Source: an uncultured Planctomycetaceae bacterium | GTDB lineage: Bacteria > Planctomycetota > Planctomycetia > Planctomycetales > Planctomycetaceae | Reading direction: 5' to 3' | DNA length: 64,000 bases | Assembly (NCBI GenBank): GCA_963815195.1 | Contig: CAWFGE010000008.1 | Span: forward strand, 32,001-96,000 | Shown: in pieces, positions 1-10,296 of the stretch | How positions within the stretch are numbered: position 1 is the stretch's first letter | Layout of the letters: each line of letters begins with the position of its first letter | Notes under the pieces: generated by a model | What the model was told of the DNA's origin: nothing | Seen by the model: the letters and a program-made list of their open reading frames with translations, nothing else | Database searches by the model: none | Made by a program: the position numbers and the translations under genes

Positions 1-696
1 TTGGCGCAAAAGCAAGCCGAAGAAAACCTGGCGGATGCCCGCCGAGAAATTCCCCAACCGATCCGCGTACCAAAGTCCTTGCGAGACGCCTTCGCGGATG
101 TCGGGCGGCAGCTTCCCGAACTCTGGCCCGAGTTGTCTTGGGAGGCGAAGAAGTCGTTGTTGCGGACGATGATTACGGGAGTCAATCTTCACCGGCAATC
201 GGATGGGCTGGTGCAAATTCGCATGGTCTGGGCCGGCGGTTCGGTGACCGAAACGTCGGCTCTCCTACGGCGTTTTTCAATGAAACACACGGACTTGGAA
301 GAGCACATCGTGGAACGCATCCGGCAAGAAACCAGCGAAGGCCGGTCGAGTGAAATGATCGCGGCGGATCTCAATCGCGAAGGCCATCATCCCTGTCGTG
401 GCGAACAATTCACCTCGCAAATCGTGAACAAGTTAAGACATCGCTACCGGATCAAAAGCCCGCGTGCAAAGAACCTGCCCCATGCCTGGACCGCCGCGGA
501 AATGGCTCAGGAAATCGGGCGCAACATATCCTGGATGTATCATAAAATTGAGCAAAGACAGATCGTGGTTTCTGTCGATCCAATTTATCGGTGCTATCTG
601 TTTCCCAAAACTGAGGAGGTTAAAGACGCCATGCTAAAACTCAAAAATCACGAAACCGAGCAAATCACTATCCCAAGGGGGCACAACAATGGCTGA
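1..696 (+). CDS. Large serine recombinase, C-terminal part (5' end outside window)
   Basis: LPELW...KKSLLRTMITGV..VQIRMVWAGG motif followed by HTH-like segments (IAADLNREG; WTAAEMAQEIG), typical of the C-terminus of recombinase-family proteins of IS-like elements. Confidence 0.7.
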   Translation: MAQKQAEENLADARREIPQPIRVPKSLRDAFADVGRQLPELWPELSWEAKKSLLRTMITGVNLHRQSDGLVQIRMVWAGGSVTETSALLRRFSMKHTDLEEHIVERIRQETSEGRSSEMIAADLNREGHHPCRGEQFTSQIVNKLRHRYRIKSPRAKNLPHAWTAAEMAQEIGRNISWMYHKIEQRQIVVSVDPIYRCYLFPKTEEVKDAMLKLKNHETEQITIPRGHNNG

Positions 697-699
697 GTC

Positions 700-1140
700 A
701 AAACTCATATCAGCATTGGATTGGGCCTGGCCGCGTGCCGAGCGGGTTATAAGACCAAGTTCTTCACCGCCGCGGCTTTGGTGAATCGCCTGGAAGAAGC
801 TCAGAAACATTACACCTTGGAGCGGTTGTTGAACCAACTCGACAAGCTCGATTTGTTGATCGTGGATGAACTGGGTTACTTGTCGTTCAACCGGTCGGGA
901 GCAGAGTTGTTGTTCCAGGTCTTCGCGGATCGCTACGAACGCAAGAGCCTGCTGATCACGAGCAACCTGGCCTTTAGCGATTGGGGGCAAATCTTCCAAG
1001 GCGAACGCATGACCGCGGCATTACTGGACCGCATCACGCACCATTGCCACATCTTCGAGATGAACGGCGAAAGCTACCGCTTCAAACAGTCGATGAAAGA
1101 CAAAAAAGCGTCCGAAAACAAGAAGCCGAAAACCCGCTAA
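700..1140 (+). pseudogene. istB: IS21 ATP-binding helper IstB, 5'-truncated at Walker A
   Basis: Reads KTHISIGLGLAAC from 700 (end of GxGKTH); Walker B LLIVDELGY; ITSN..FSDW; ALLDRITHHCHI..MNGESYR. Confidence 0.9.
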
Positions 1141-1206
1141 GTCGGCTCCGACGACGCCCGTCTTTCCTTCCCAACCTGCCCCATTCCACATCATTCCCCA
1201 CCCCAG

Positions 1207-1257
1207 GTGGGTCCCATTTCCGCGCCGAAGTGGGTCCCAATTGCACGCCGATCTCCA
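1207..1257 (+). repeat. IS21 terminal repeat region
   Basis: GTGGGTCCCATTTCCGCGCCGAA / GTGGGTCCCAATTGCACGCCGAT tandem units, then CTCCA. Confidence 0.75.
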
Positions 1258-2563
1258 TCCCCGACCATTGCCGCCCATTCCGAGAACGGGTGTCGGGCCT
1301 CATGATCTAGTGGAGAACCGGCATCCTTCCATCGTGCCACCATCCCCCGCAGTTCTGCGGCAATGTGTTCACGGTTTTGAGGCAGAAACTCCAGCTTGGG
1401 ATTCCCAATCGGCGACGTTCTCTCTGAGACGTGCCCCACAGGATCAAGATGGATGGGTAGGCTGCGGTTGAGGATGTCCTCGCTCACAGAACCGAAGTTG
1501 GTTGAGATTGCCAGAACGATGTCGTTCCGGCGTCGAGTGGCCGGGCCAGTGCCGGTCGAGAACAGGAATGGGTGAGGGTCGGTGGCAAACCGCTCGATGA
1601 AGGCCGAAGCGATGGTATTGTCACGCCGGTCGAGACGTGCGTTCTCGATCACCAGAACCCCGGCGTCAGAGTTGTGATTGAGTGCCCCAACGAAGCTCCG
1701 TTCGAGCGCCCAGTTGGTACCCTGATAGCTGATCGAGCATTGCTCGGTCTCGCCCGAGGCGAATGCGATCACGGTGTCTTTTCCAGCATGGCTCTTCGAT
1801 GCCGTGGCGACGATGACCGGCTTTCCTCCCGGCCAGTGGTTGCGGAACAGGACCGTCAGTGCCGCTGCGAACGTATTGGCTCGGTCTGCCTGTGTCTCGA
1901 AGTCCATTACGTCGAGGAAGGCATTGATTCGATCCATCGAGTCGTAGACCTGCGGAGGATCGCCAACGAACAGGTATCGCTGGTCCGGGCCACCATCGTT
2001 GTAGCCCGGCTCTGTCAGTCGAAAGTCCGGCAGGTAGCGTGCCACCCTGCTGATCTGATCGACGACATCGAACTGCGACAGGAAAGCATCTGTCTTCAGC
2101 ATGGCGTTCATGTGCGCTGCTGAGAGCTTGCTGCCTTTGGGTTTGCCGTCGAGGTAGATGGTCAAAGCGACTCGATCCACAATCACCGGCGCAAGGTCAG
2201 CCGCCGTCGTGATTGACTTGGTTGATCCATCGGGACGCACGTGAAGCAATCCGCCGTCGTGACCCGAACGGCAGAAGAGATCACCGAACTTGCAAAGCGA
2301 TGCTCCAAGCTTGCGATAATTCTTGGCTGCCGGATCACCCTCATCCCAAGACAGTTCAGGGATTTTCGGAGGCTGTTCTCTCTATTGGTAACCCGGCGCA
2401 CCCGGCACAGCAGGCACGACAGATGGCTTTGTTGGCACTGAAAGTCGCTGGAAGGGCATGGAGCATTTGGCCCGCTACGCGGGCCAAATGCGGCCCTCAC
2501 TGCGACCTCCTGCTGCCACTCACAGCCGTCAGATATGCCGCCAACAACGTCATGGTTGCTCAT
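1258..2563 (-). pseudogene. P-loop primase/helicase-associated protein of integrative element; frameshifted, 3' end interrupted by IS21
   Basis: ORF 1191-2249 has a Walker A-like ASKSHAGKD motif and a hydrophobic VLVIEN segment; upstream part begins at ATG 2563 overlapping the previous stop; the C-terminus runs into the IS21 end. Confidence 0.55.
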
Positions 2564-2846
2564 CGGTTTCTTCCTCGCCTGTGATGGCGTCGTCGCCGTC
2601 CTTCACCGAAATGTCGAATGACAGCGAGTCCCGCTTTTCAATGAAGGCGAGGTACTCCGTCAGAAAATCGACGATGTTGTCTGGCTCCACCTCGCATTGA
2701 AGTGCGGAGTAGAACCCATCGCTGTTCCTTACTTTCCCGTTCACTCGAAACTTCGAAGCCGATGCCAGATGCTCGACGTTGGCAACGAAACGAAGCCAGT
2801 CATGGACCGCCTCGGCAGTTCGCAATTTGCATTGAATGTGTTTCAT
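2550..2846 (-). CDS. Hypothetical protein
   Basis: 98-aa ORF translationally coupled to both neighbours. Confidence 0.6.
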   Translation of the reverse strand: MKHIQCKLRTAEAVHDWLRFVANVEHLASASKFRVNGKVRNSDGFYSALQCEVEPDNIVDFLTEYLAFIEKRDSLSFDISVKDGDDAITGEEETDEQP

Positions 2847-3727
2847 GTGAGGCCCCCCAGCGCTTCAATTCTGTCGATCACCTGTTGAGGCACATCCTGC
2901 GTCTCTCCGTCAATGTCGGTCAGCGTCATTACGGCTGTGCCGAAAACGTGAAGTCCAACCATCGCCGATGCTCGCCGATTCAGTGGAAGTCCCTCAATTC
3001 GTCCGCTGTCGTGAACGTAGAATCCAAGTCCCTGCCCCTTTCTGAGAGAGATGCGTTCGATGAGGCCGCCGACCGCCTTCTGGTAGTCATCCAGCCCAGA
3101 CATCAATCGCACTTCTGCGCCACCATTCGTGTCAAAGACGATTGTTTTCACTGCCCTTTCTTTCCTCACCATTCGTTCTGGGCAATGCGGATTCGTCCCA
3201 AACTCTGAGAGCGGAGTTCCGCCCGGTACGGACTGGAAGATGAACATTTCCGCTGGGGTCTCTTTCCAGACGAGGAACTGTCCCTTCCGCTGGCCGCATT
3301 CAGGGCATGTGAGAGTTCGAGCGGAATGGTCCTCCGGCCTATGAGTGCAAACGACGAAGTGCAGGGAGCATCTCATGCACTTCGCCTTCACCTTCACGAA
3401 CGTGGACTGGTCTTCGTCGATCTCGTGCCACTCCTTGACGACCACTCGAAGATCGTCACGCTCCTTTTCCAGCTTCGCTTTGCCCTTCTCCAGTTCAGCG
3501 ATCTGGTCATGAAGCCGAGTCAGCGGCTTGAGACTCTCGATCTGCCCATCTTTGGAAGCGACTGTTCGCTCCAACTCGTCGATGCGTCTGGACAGGCTTG
3601 CCTTCTCACGTCGAAGCTCGCCCGAAAACCGCTCGACCTGCGACAGGAGCAAAAGTTCGTCCTTTCCCCCTTGGCAAGCTTCACGAAGGTCTGCCATTGC
3701 CTGCTTGAATTGCGTCTTGTCTGCCAT
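2843..3727 (-). CDS. Coiled-coil / Zn-ribbon protein with C-terminal DUF3846-like domain
   Basis: ATG 3727 with GGGAGA RBS; coiled coil; CMRC...CPEC; C-terminal YQKAVGGLIE...GRIEGLPLNRRAS. Confidence 0.6.
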   Translation of the reverse strand: MADKTQFKQAMADLREACQGGKDELLLLSQVERFSGELRREKASLSRRIDELERTVASKDGQIESLKPLTRLHDQIAELEKGKAKLEKERDDLRVVVKEWHEIDEDQSTFVKVKAKCMRCSLHFVVCTHRPEDHSARTLTCPECGQRKGQFLVWKETPAEMFIFQSVPGGTPLSEFGTNPHCPERMVRKERAVKTIVFDTNGGAEVRLMSGLDDYQKAVGGLIERISLRKGQGLGFYVHDSGRIEGLPLNRRASAMVGLHVFGTAVMTLTDIDGETQDVPQQVIDRIEALGGLT

Positions 3728-3932
3728 TGTGTTTCTCCCCTTGGCTTGGAATGAGTTGGAGCAGCGACGTGCTTGCTCCTCACGAGTCAAAGGGCGAACT
3801 GGCAATTCGGTTGACGAATTGGGAATTCGTCTGTTTTCGACGGCTGAATTCGGGCGACGAATTCGGCAATTCGCCCTCTTCTAAATGAGGGCCGTTATGA
3901 GTGATTGACCACAGACAGCAGGAGGAAGAACG

Positions 3933-4364
3933 ATGAATCCAGTAATTGATTATTTCGCATGTTTGCTTGACCACTATGCGCAAACCGGAGAATGCCCACC
4001 TAACGACGTGGGAACAATCGGTGCTGCTATTGAGTTTGAGAATTGGGAGTCACCGCATCTTGCTTTTCTTTGCAACTGTATGCGGGATCGCTACTCGGAT
4101 GAAAAACTGCATGAAGCACGGGAATTTGTTCTGCCTCGAACAGCAGACGACACCGTTGATTGGGAAGCCATTGAGAAAGAAGTGGAGGCGGCATCACTGC
4201 CTGACGCCCACATGTCGATGTGCCTCAGCCTAAGAGCCGACAACTTGGGCGACCTGATCGAACGACTTCGTGAACTTCGAGAGGAAACTCGTCTATGTGA
4301 CGAGGCATTGACCCTGCTGATCGAAAAGTATGGACCAGATGCTTTCACAGAGAGAATCGTTTGA
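3933..4364 (+). CDS. Hypothetical protein
   Basis: 143-aa acidic ORF with GGAGG RBS; lower GC than flanks. Confidence 0.6.
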   Translation: MNPVIDYFACLLDHYAQTGECPPNDVGTIGAAIEFENWESPHLAFLCNCMRDRYSDEKLHEAREFVLPRTADDTVDWEAIEKEVEAASLPDAHMSMCLSLRADNLGDLIERLRELREETRLCDEALTLLIEKYGPDAFTERIV

Positions 4365-4395
4365 CATCCAAAACATGCCGACGAGGAGCGAGGCA

Positions 4396-5541
4396 TCACG
4401 CCGCCATCACCAGCCGCACCACATCGCCATCCCACTCGGCGACGGAGGCGAGGAAAAGTTCAACTGGGCTTCTGAACTCTCGACTTTTTTCAGAAACAAG
4501 CCCTTCGGCGAGAACTTCGAATGGCTTTCTCATTGTGGGGACAAGAGTTACGTCGTCGAGCGAGCAGTTCAAAAACACGATTTCGAGGATACGGCGCTTT
4601 GCGGCGTAGTCGGCGGTAAGCCATTGGCTACGAAGGGTTTGCGAAAGTTCAAAAACTTTCGAGGCCAACTCGGCCGTTTCGTCGTGCGAGCGATCCAACA
4701 CATCCAATTGCAGCTTGATTGATGCCAGCCGGTCTCGTAGCTCTGTGTGCTTGCGGGCGAACGTCTCCTGATCAATGTCTTCTGCCAGACGCATGTTGAG
4801 CAGCCGGTCCTGCTGTTGGACGAGCAGCGTTTCCTGACGCTGTAGCTCGCCGCGTTGTGCAAAGGACTCGGCCTGGGCGTCCCGCGTCTGCGAGGCAAGC
4901 ACGAGGCGGAACCAGTCCCGCACGTCCTCGTTTTCGGCCTTCATCTTGTCGAAGATCGCCAGCACCTGCTGTTCGAGGTCGGCTTCACGCACGCGGATGC
5001 GAGGGTGATCCTTGCGGTTGTAATAGGTGCAGCGGTAGTACGTGTAGTACCGCTCCCCGTTCTTGCTCTTCTTCGTGATCGTCTCACCGGTAATCGGGTG
5101 CCCGCAGTGGCCGCACTGGATGAGTTGGCTGGCGTAGGTGTGCGCCTGAGACTGATAGACATGCCCGCCAAGCAGGGCCTGCACCCGGTTCCAGGTCGCC
5201 CGGTCCACCAGCGGCTCATGTTTGCCCGGATACCACTCGCCCTTGTGCGAAATCTCGCCGATATAGGCCCGATCCTTGAGGATGTTATGAACGGAGCTTC
5301 GCGGAAACGTCGGCTGTGACTTCCGCCAGATACGTCCCTCTCCGTTGATCCGCTCGACTACGCCGTCAATCGTCAGGTTTTCGTAGGCGTAGAGTTGAAA
5401 GATGCGTTTGACGTTGGCGGCCTGTTCCGCGTCCGTTTCAATGATGCCCCGGCCGTCCTTACGGATGTTGCGATAGCCGTAGGGAGCCAAGCCAATCAAC
5501 CAACCCTCGCGGACGCGACGGGAAAGTCCTTCGCGAACGTC
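4396..5541 (-). pseudogene. Large serine recombinase (recombinase + Zn-ribbon + coiled coil), catalytic N-terminus missing
   Basis: DVREGLSRRVREGWLIGLAPYGY, YIG...GKHEPLV, CGHCG...YYRC; homology appears to stop near 5541. Confidence 0.85.
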
Positions 5542-8500
5542 ATGACCGGCAGGCGCATGGCCACCCTCCTTGAACTACGTGACCGCGCACGCCGCGTCCT
5601 GCAATCGCAGAACGAGGGCTGGCCCGATGAGAACCGTGACCAGGCCAGACGCGAATTGAACCGGACGTATGACCGCTTCGTCGCCGCCTACGGCCCGATC
5701 AACAAGACTACCTTCGGCGAAACCAAAGATGGCAGCATCATCCGCCGCATGCCCAACCTGGTGAAATTCAGGGAAGACCCGGACGCCATGCTCGTCATGT
5801 CGCTGGAAGACTATGACGAGGTGACCGGCAAGGCGGCCAAAAGCCGCCATCATGGAACGCGACGTGGTGGGCCGGCACGCCCCCATCACCCAGGTCCGCA
5901 GCGCCGAGGAAGGCTTGCTGGTGTCACTCAACCAGCATGGCTGCGTCTATCCCGACTATATCGCCACGCTCTACGGCAAACCGGAAGAGCAGGTCATCGA
6001 GGAACTCGGCGATCTGATCTTCAACGACCCACAAACCGGCAAGTGGGAAACGGCCGATGCCTACCTGTCCGGCAATGTCCGCGACAAACTCGCAGCCGCC
6101 AGGCGGGCCGGGCCGGAATTAGCCCGCAATGTCAGGAGTCTGGAGGCCGTCCAGCCCGAGGACGTGCTGCCGGGCGACATCGACGCCAATCTCGGCGCTC
6201 CGTGGATACCGGCCAGCGACATCCAGGCATTCGCCGCCGAACTGTTCAAGGTCAGCCCATCGTCGGTGCCGGTGTCACACCTCAAGAAAGATGCCGTCTG
6301 GAGTCTGGAGTCTGGTTCCCGATTACGCCGCCAAGGTCTCGGTCGCCGCCACTTCCGACTTCGGCACGCAGCGGGCCAACGGCAACTGGCTGCTCGAACT
6401 GGCGCTGAACATGAAGTCGCCGACCATCTACGACACCATCGACCACGGCGACCGCGAGGAGCGCGTCGTCAACCAGGAAGAGACGATGGCCGCCCGCGAG
6501 AAACAGAAGCTCATCAAGGAGCGGTTCCGCGCCTGGGTCTTTTCCGATCCCGACCGCACCGAGCGGTTGGTTCGCATCTATAACGACACCTACAACAATC
6601 TGCGGCCGCGCCTGTTCGACGGCTCGCATCTCGATTTCCCCGGCATGAACGATGCCCTGACGCTCCGCCCGCATCAGAAGGATGCCGTCTGGCGGGGCAT
6701 GAGTTCGCGGCAACACATTGCTCGCCCATGTCGTCGGGGCCGGCAAGACGTTCACGATGGCCGCCACCGGCATGAAGATGAAGCAGGCCGGCCTCGTCAA
6801 AAAACCGATGTACGTCGTCCCCAATCACCTGCTGGAGCAGTTCGCCCGCGAATTCATGCAGCTCTACCCGAACGCCCGGCTGCTGGTCGCCTCCAAGGAA
6901 GACCTGTCCCGCGACCGCCGCAAGTTCCTGACCGCCAAGATCGCCAGCGGCGACTGGGACGGCATCATCGTGACGCATTCCTCGTTCGAGCGGATCGGCA
7001 TGTCGAACGACTACCAGGAACGCTTCCTGCGCGAGCAGATCGAGGAATATGACCAACTGCTGATCGAACATGCCGCCGAACGCGGTTCAAACCGCAATGT
7101 CATCAAGACCATCGAGAAACAAAAGGCCGCCCGCGAGGAGAAACTCAAAAACCTGCTTGCCAGCGACAAGAAGGACAACGGCCTTGTCTTCGACGAACTC
7201 GGCGTCGATCACGTCTTCATCGACGAAGCCCATTACTTCAAGAACCTGGAGACGCCGACCAAGATGGATCGCGTCGCCGGCATCCAGACCGGCGGATCGG
7301 AACGCGCCTTCGACGTTTACATGAAGGCCCGCTATCTTGAGCGACCTGCATCCCGGCCACGGCGTGACGTTTGCCACCGGCACGCCGATCTCCAACACGA
7401 TGGTCGAGATGTACACGATGCAGCGCTTCCTCGACCCCGAGGGCCTCAAGAGCCGGGGCATCGAACATTTCGACGCCTGGGCCGCCACCTTCGGCGAAGT
7501 CGTGGACACGATGGAGATTTCTCCCGACGGCGCGGGCCTGCGTCCACGTTCCCGCTTCGCGAAATTCACCAACCTGCCGGAACTCCAGCAGATGTTCCGG
7601 GCGTTTTCCGACGTGCAGACCGCCGAGATGCTCAACCTGCCCTGCCCGAAACTCCAGGGCGGCAAGCCGATCATCGTCGCCTCGCCGATGTCGGATGACC
7701 AGGAGGCGCTGCAACAGGAACTGGTGGAACGCTACGAACGCTTGCGCTCCCAGAAGATCGACCCGCGCGTCGATAATGCTCTGGCGATTACCACCGACGG
7801 CCGCAAGCTGGCCACCGATGCCCGCATGCTGGACGCCGCCGCCGCCGACTTCCCCGAATCGAAGGTCAATAAGCTGGTCGATAACGTCCACGCCATCTGG
7901 GAGCGGACAAAACCGACGCGCGGTACGCAGATGATCTTCGCCGACATGGGCGTGCAACCCGACCACGTGGGGCTATTCGCCCTACCAGGAGATCATCCGC
8001 AAGCTCGTCGCCCAGGGCATCCCGCGTGACCAGATCGCCAGTATCGGCGAGGCCGAATCCGACGCCAAGAAACAGGCACTCTTCGAAAAGGTTCGCCAGG
8101 GATCGGTGCGCGTGCTGATCGGCAGCACCCAGAAGATGGGCACCGGCACCAACGTCCAGAAACGCCTGGTCGCCCTGCATCACCTCGATGCACCCTGGAA
8201 ACCGGCTGAAGTCGAGCAACGCGACGGCCGCATCCTGCGCCAGGGCAATCAGAACAAGGAAGTGGCCATTTACCGCTACGTCACCGAAGGTTCCTTCGAT
8301 GCCTATATGTGGCAAGCACTGGAAACCAAGGCCCGGTTCATCGGGCAGGTCATGACCGGCGACAACGCCTCCCGCCGCGCCGAGGACATCGGCGGTCAGG
8401 AACTCTCCTACGCCGAGGTCAAGGCCATCGCCTCCGGCAATCCGGCCGTGCTCACGCTCGCCGAGGCCGACGCTGAATTGCAACGCCTGGCACTCCTCAA

Positions 8501-9353
8501 GAAAAACCATCTCGACGAACAATACGTTGCTCGCCGCAGCGTCCGCGACCTGCCGGGCAAAATCGAAAGCATGAATGAACGGCTGGCGAAGCTCACCGCC
8601 GACGAGGCGACCGCCACGCAGCACGCGGATGACCGGATCGCCATCGGAAAGCATCCGCTGGCCCGCGGAGCCTCGCATGTACGCGAACCGACGCGGATTC
8701 CCATCGGCACCTATCGCGGCCTGACCTTCGGCGTGATCGTCAATCCGAGCTTTCCACCGGACGTGTATCTCGAAGGAGCGATGACCCGCCTGTTGGGCCT
8801 GTCGAAGGAGCACCAGGGGCCAAGGGCCGTGCTCAATGCCCTGGAACGCATCGTCACCGGCTACGCCGCTGAAACCCTCCGCGTCCGCCAAGACCTCGCC
8901 ATCTGCGAATCGCAGCTACGCGATTACCAGGATCGCCTGGGTGCGGCCTTCGCACACGAAGCGTATCAGTGCGAACTGACAGCGCTTCGTGATGCCCTGA
9001 AAGCCGGGCTTTCGGGACGGCAGGACGAGTCAAAACCGGGCGAAGAGCCGACCGCTTCCGAACTGGCTGACCGCATCAAGGCCCTCAACGCCGCAAACAC
9101 TATCGAGACCGCCGCACCGCGCGGCGAACGCAAGCAGTTCGCCGCCGAGGAACCTGTCACGTCCCGTATTCGCCGCCGACAGGAGGCACATCCCGAGACC
9201 GATCACACCGGTGAGCACGTTGCATCGCCGGACGAACCGAATTCACCGCTTGGCTACGCCGAGGCGAGCAGCACGCCGCCGATGACATTCCAGGAACGCA
9301 TCGACCTGGAACGCAAGCGGAAAGCCGAGGGCGAGGGCCAAAGTCCCGTTTGA
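5542..9353 (+). pseudogene. DarB-like SNF2/DEAD helicase (methylase-helicase family), 5'-truncated, several frameshifts
   Basis: Consecutive frames give YLSGNVRDKL, LGAPWIP, LRPHQKDAV, LAHVVGAGKT, FIDEAHYFKNL, ATGTPISN, GSTQKMGTGTNVQ, EQRDGRILRQGN; frame changes near 5850, 6300, 6710, 7335, 7960. Confidence 0.85.
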
Positions 9354-9389
9354 CGAGCGGCTGTGTCAGTGCGGGTGAAATCCTACCTG

Positions 9390-9412
9390 CCCCCGGCCAC
9401 CATCCGGGGGCG
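9390..9412 (+). terminator. GC-rich hairpin after the helicase gene
   Basis: CCCCCGG-CCACCAT-CCGGGGG stem-loop; no clear U-tract. Confidence 0.3.
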
Positions 9413-9621
9413 GGACCAGAAGGCCCAACTTCCGTGAATTCCATCGGCTACGCACGTCCCTCACGCGATAACTCTCGACGCAACTTCAATATGAATTCGA
9501 GTTTATCTTGCCTTCCGCAACTTCTTCTTGCAGCGCGGAAGTCCGATAATGATCATCAGGGAACATCGTTTCGTCAACGACTTGCAGTCTGGGCGATCCA
9601 AAGTGACTGGGTGTCTTGTCA

Positions 9622-10296
9622 ATGCCGCGGATTCTTGTGATCGAAGACCAGCCGAACTTGCTGCGGAGCATCGCCCGGACGCTGCAAGAATCCGGGTTTG
9701 ATGTCCAGATGGCCGGCTCGCTGCAGGCGGCCCGGCCGTTGATTTCGCCGGACGTTGATGTAGTGATTCTCGATTTGATGCTGCCGGACGGGAACGGTCT
9801 GGAGCTGCTGGCCGAGTTGCGGGCGGTCAGCCGCCGGCCCCCTGTGCTCGTGCTGACGGCGCGGGATGCCGTCTCGGACCGCGTGGCCGGATTGGATGCG
9901 GGAGCCGACGATTACCTCGTTAAACCCTTCGCATTCGATGAACTGCTGGCGAGGATTCGCGTGCTCTTGCGGCGAGACGACAGCGAACGGAAGACGGTGC
10001 TCGCGCTGGGCGACCTGCACGTTGATCTTTTGTCGCGCACGGCCCGCCGGGGAAGTCACGAACTGGATCTTCAAAATCGACAATTCGAACTCTTGGTGTT
10101 TTTGATGCGGCACGCGAACCAGGTCGTCACGCGGGAAACGCTCGCCGAGGCGGTCTGGAAGGAAGAGACGGCCACTTGGACCAATGTGATCGCGGTCCAC
10201 ATCAATCAACTGCGGAAAAAACTCGAAATTTCCGGACAACCCCCGATCCTACACACAATTCGGGGACAGGGGTATTTATTGGGAGACGCTCCATGA
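9622..10296 (+). CDS. OmpR-family response regulator (CusR/CzcR-like)
   Basis: ILVIED, DVVILDLMLP, LTARD, GADDYLVKPF, winged-helix end HTIRGQGY. Confidence 0.93.
   Translation: MPRILVIEDQPNLLRSIARTLQESGFDVQMAGSLQAARPLISPDVDVVILDLMLPDGNGLELLAELRAVSRRPPVLVLTARDAVSDRVAGLDAGADDYLVKPFAFDELLARIRVLLRRDDSERKTVLALGDLHVDLLSRTARRGSHELDLQNRQFELLVFLMRHANQVVTRETLAEAVWKEETATWTNVIAVHINQLRKKLEISGQPPILHTIRGQGYLLGDAP

Larger units (their letters stand above)
697..1257 (+). mobile_element. IS21-family element, right portion (truncated istB plus right end)
   Basis: istB C-terminus followed by two 23-bp-spaced GTGGGTCCCA repeats (1207, 1230) and a terminal ...CTCCA at 1257, as expected for IS21 ends. Confidence 0.8.
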
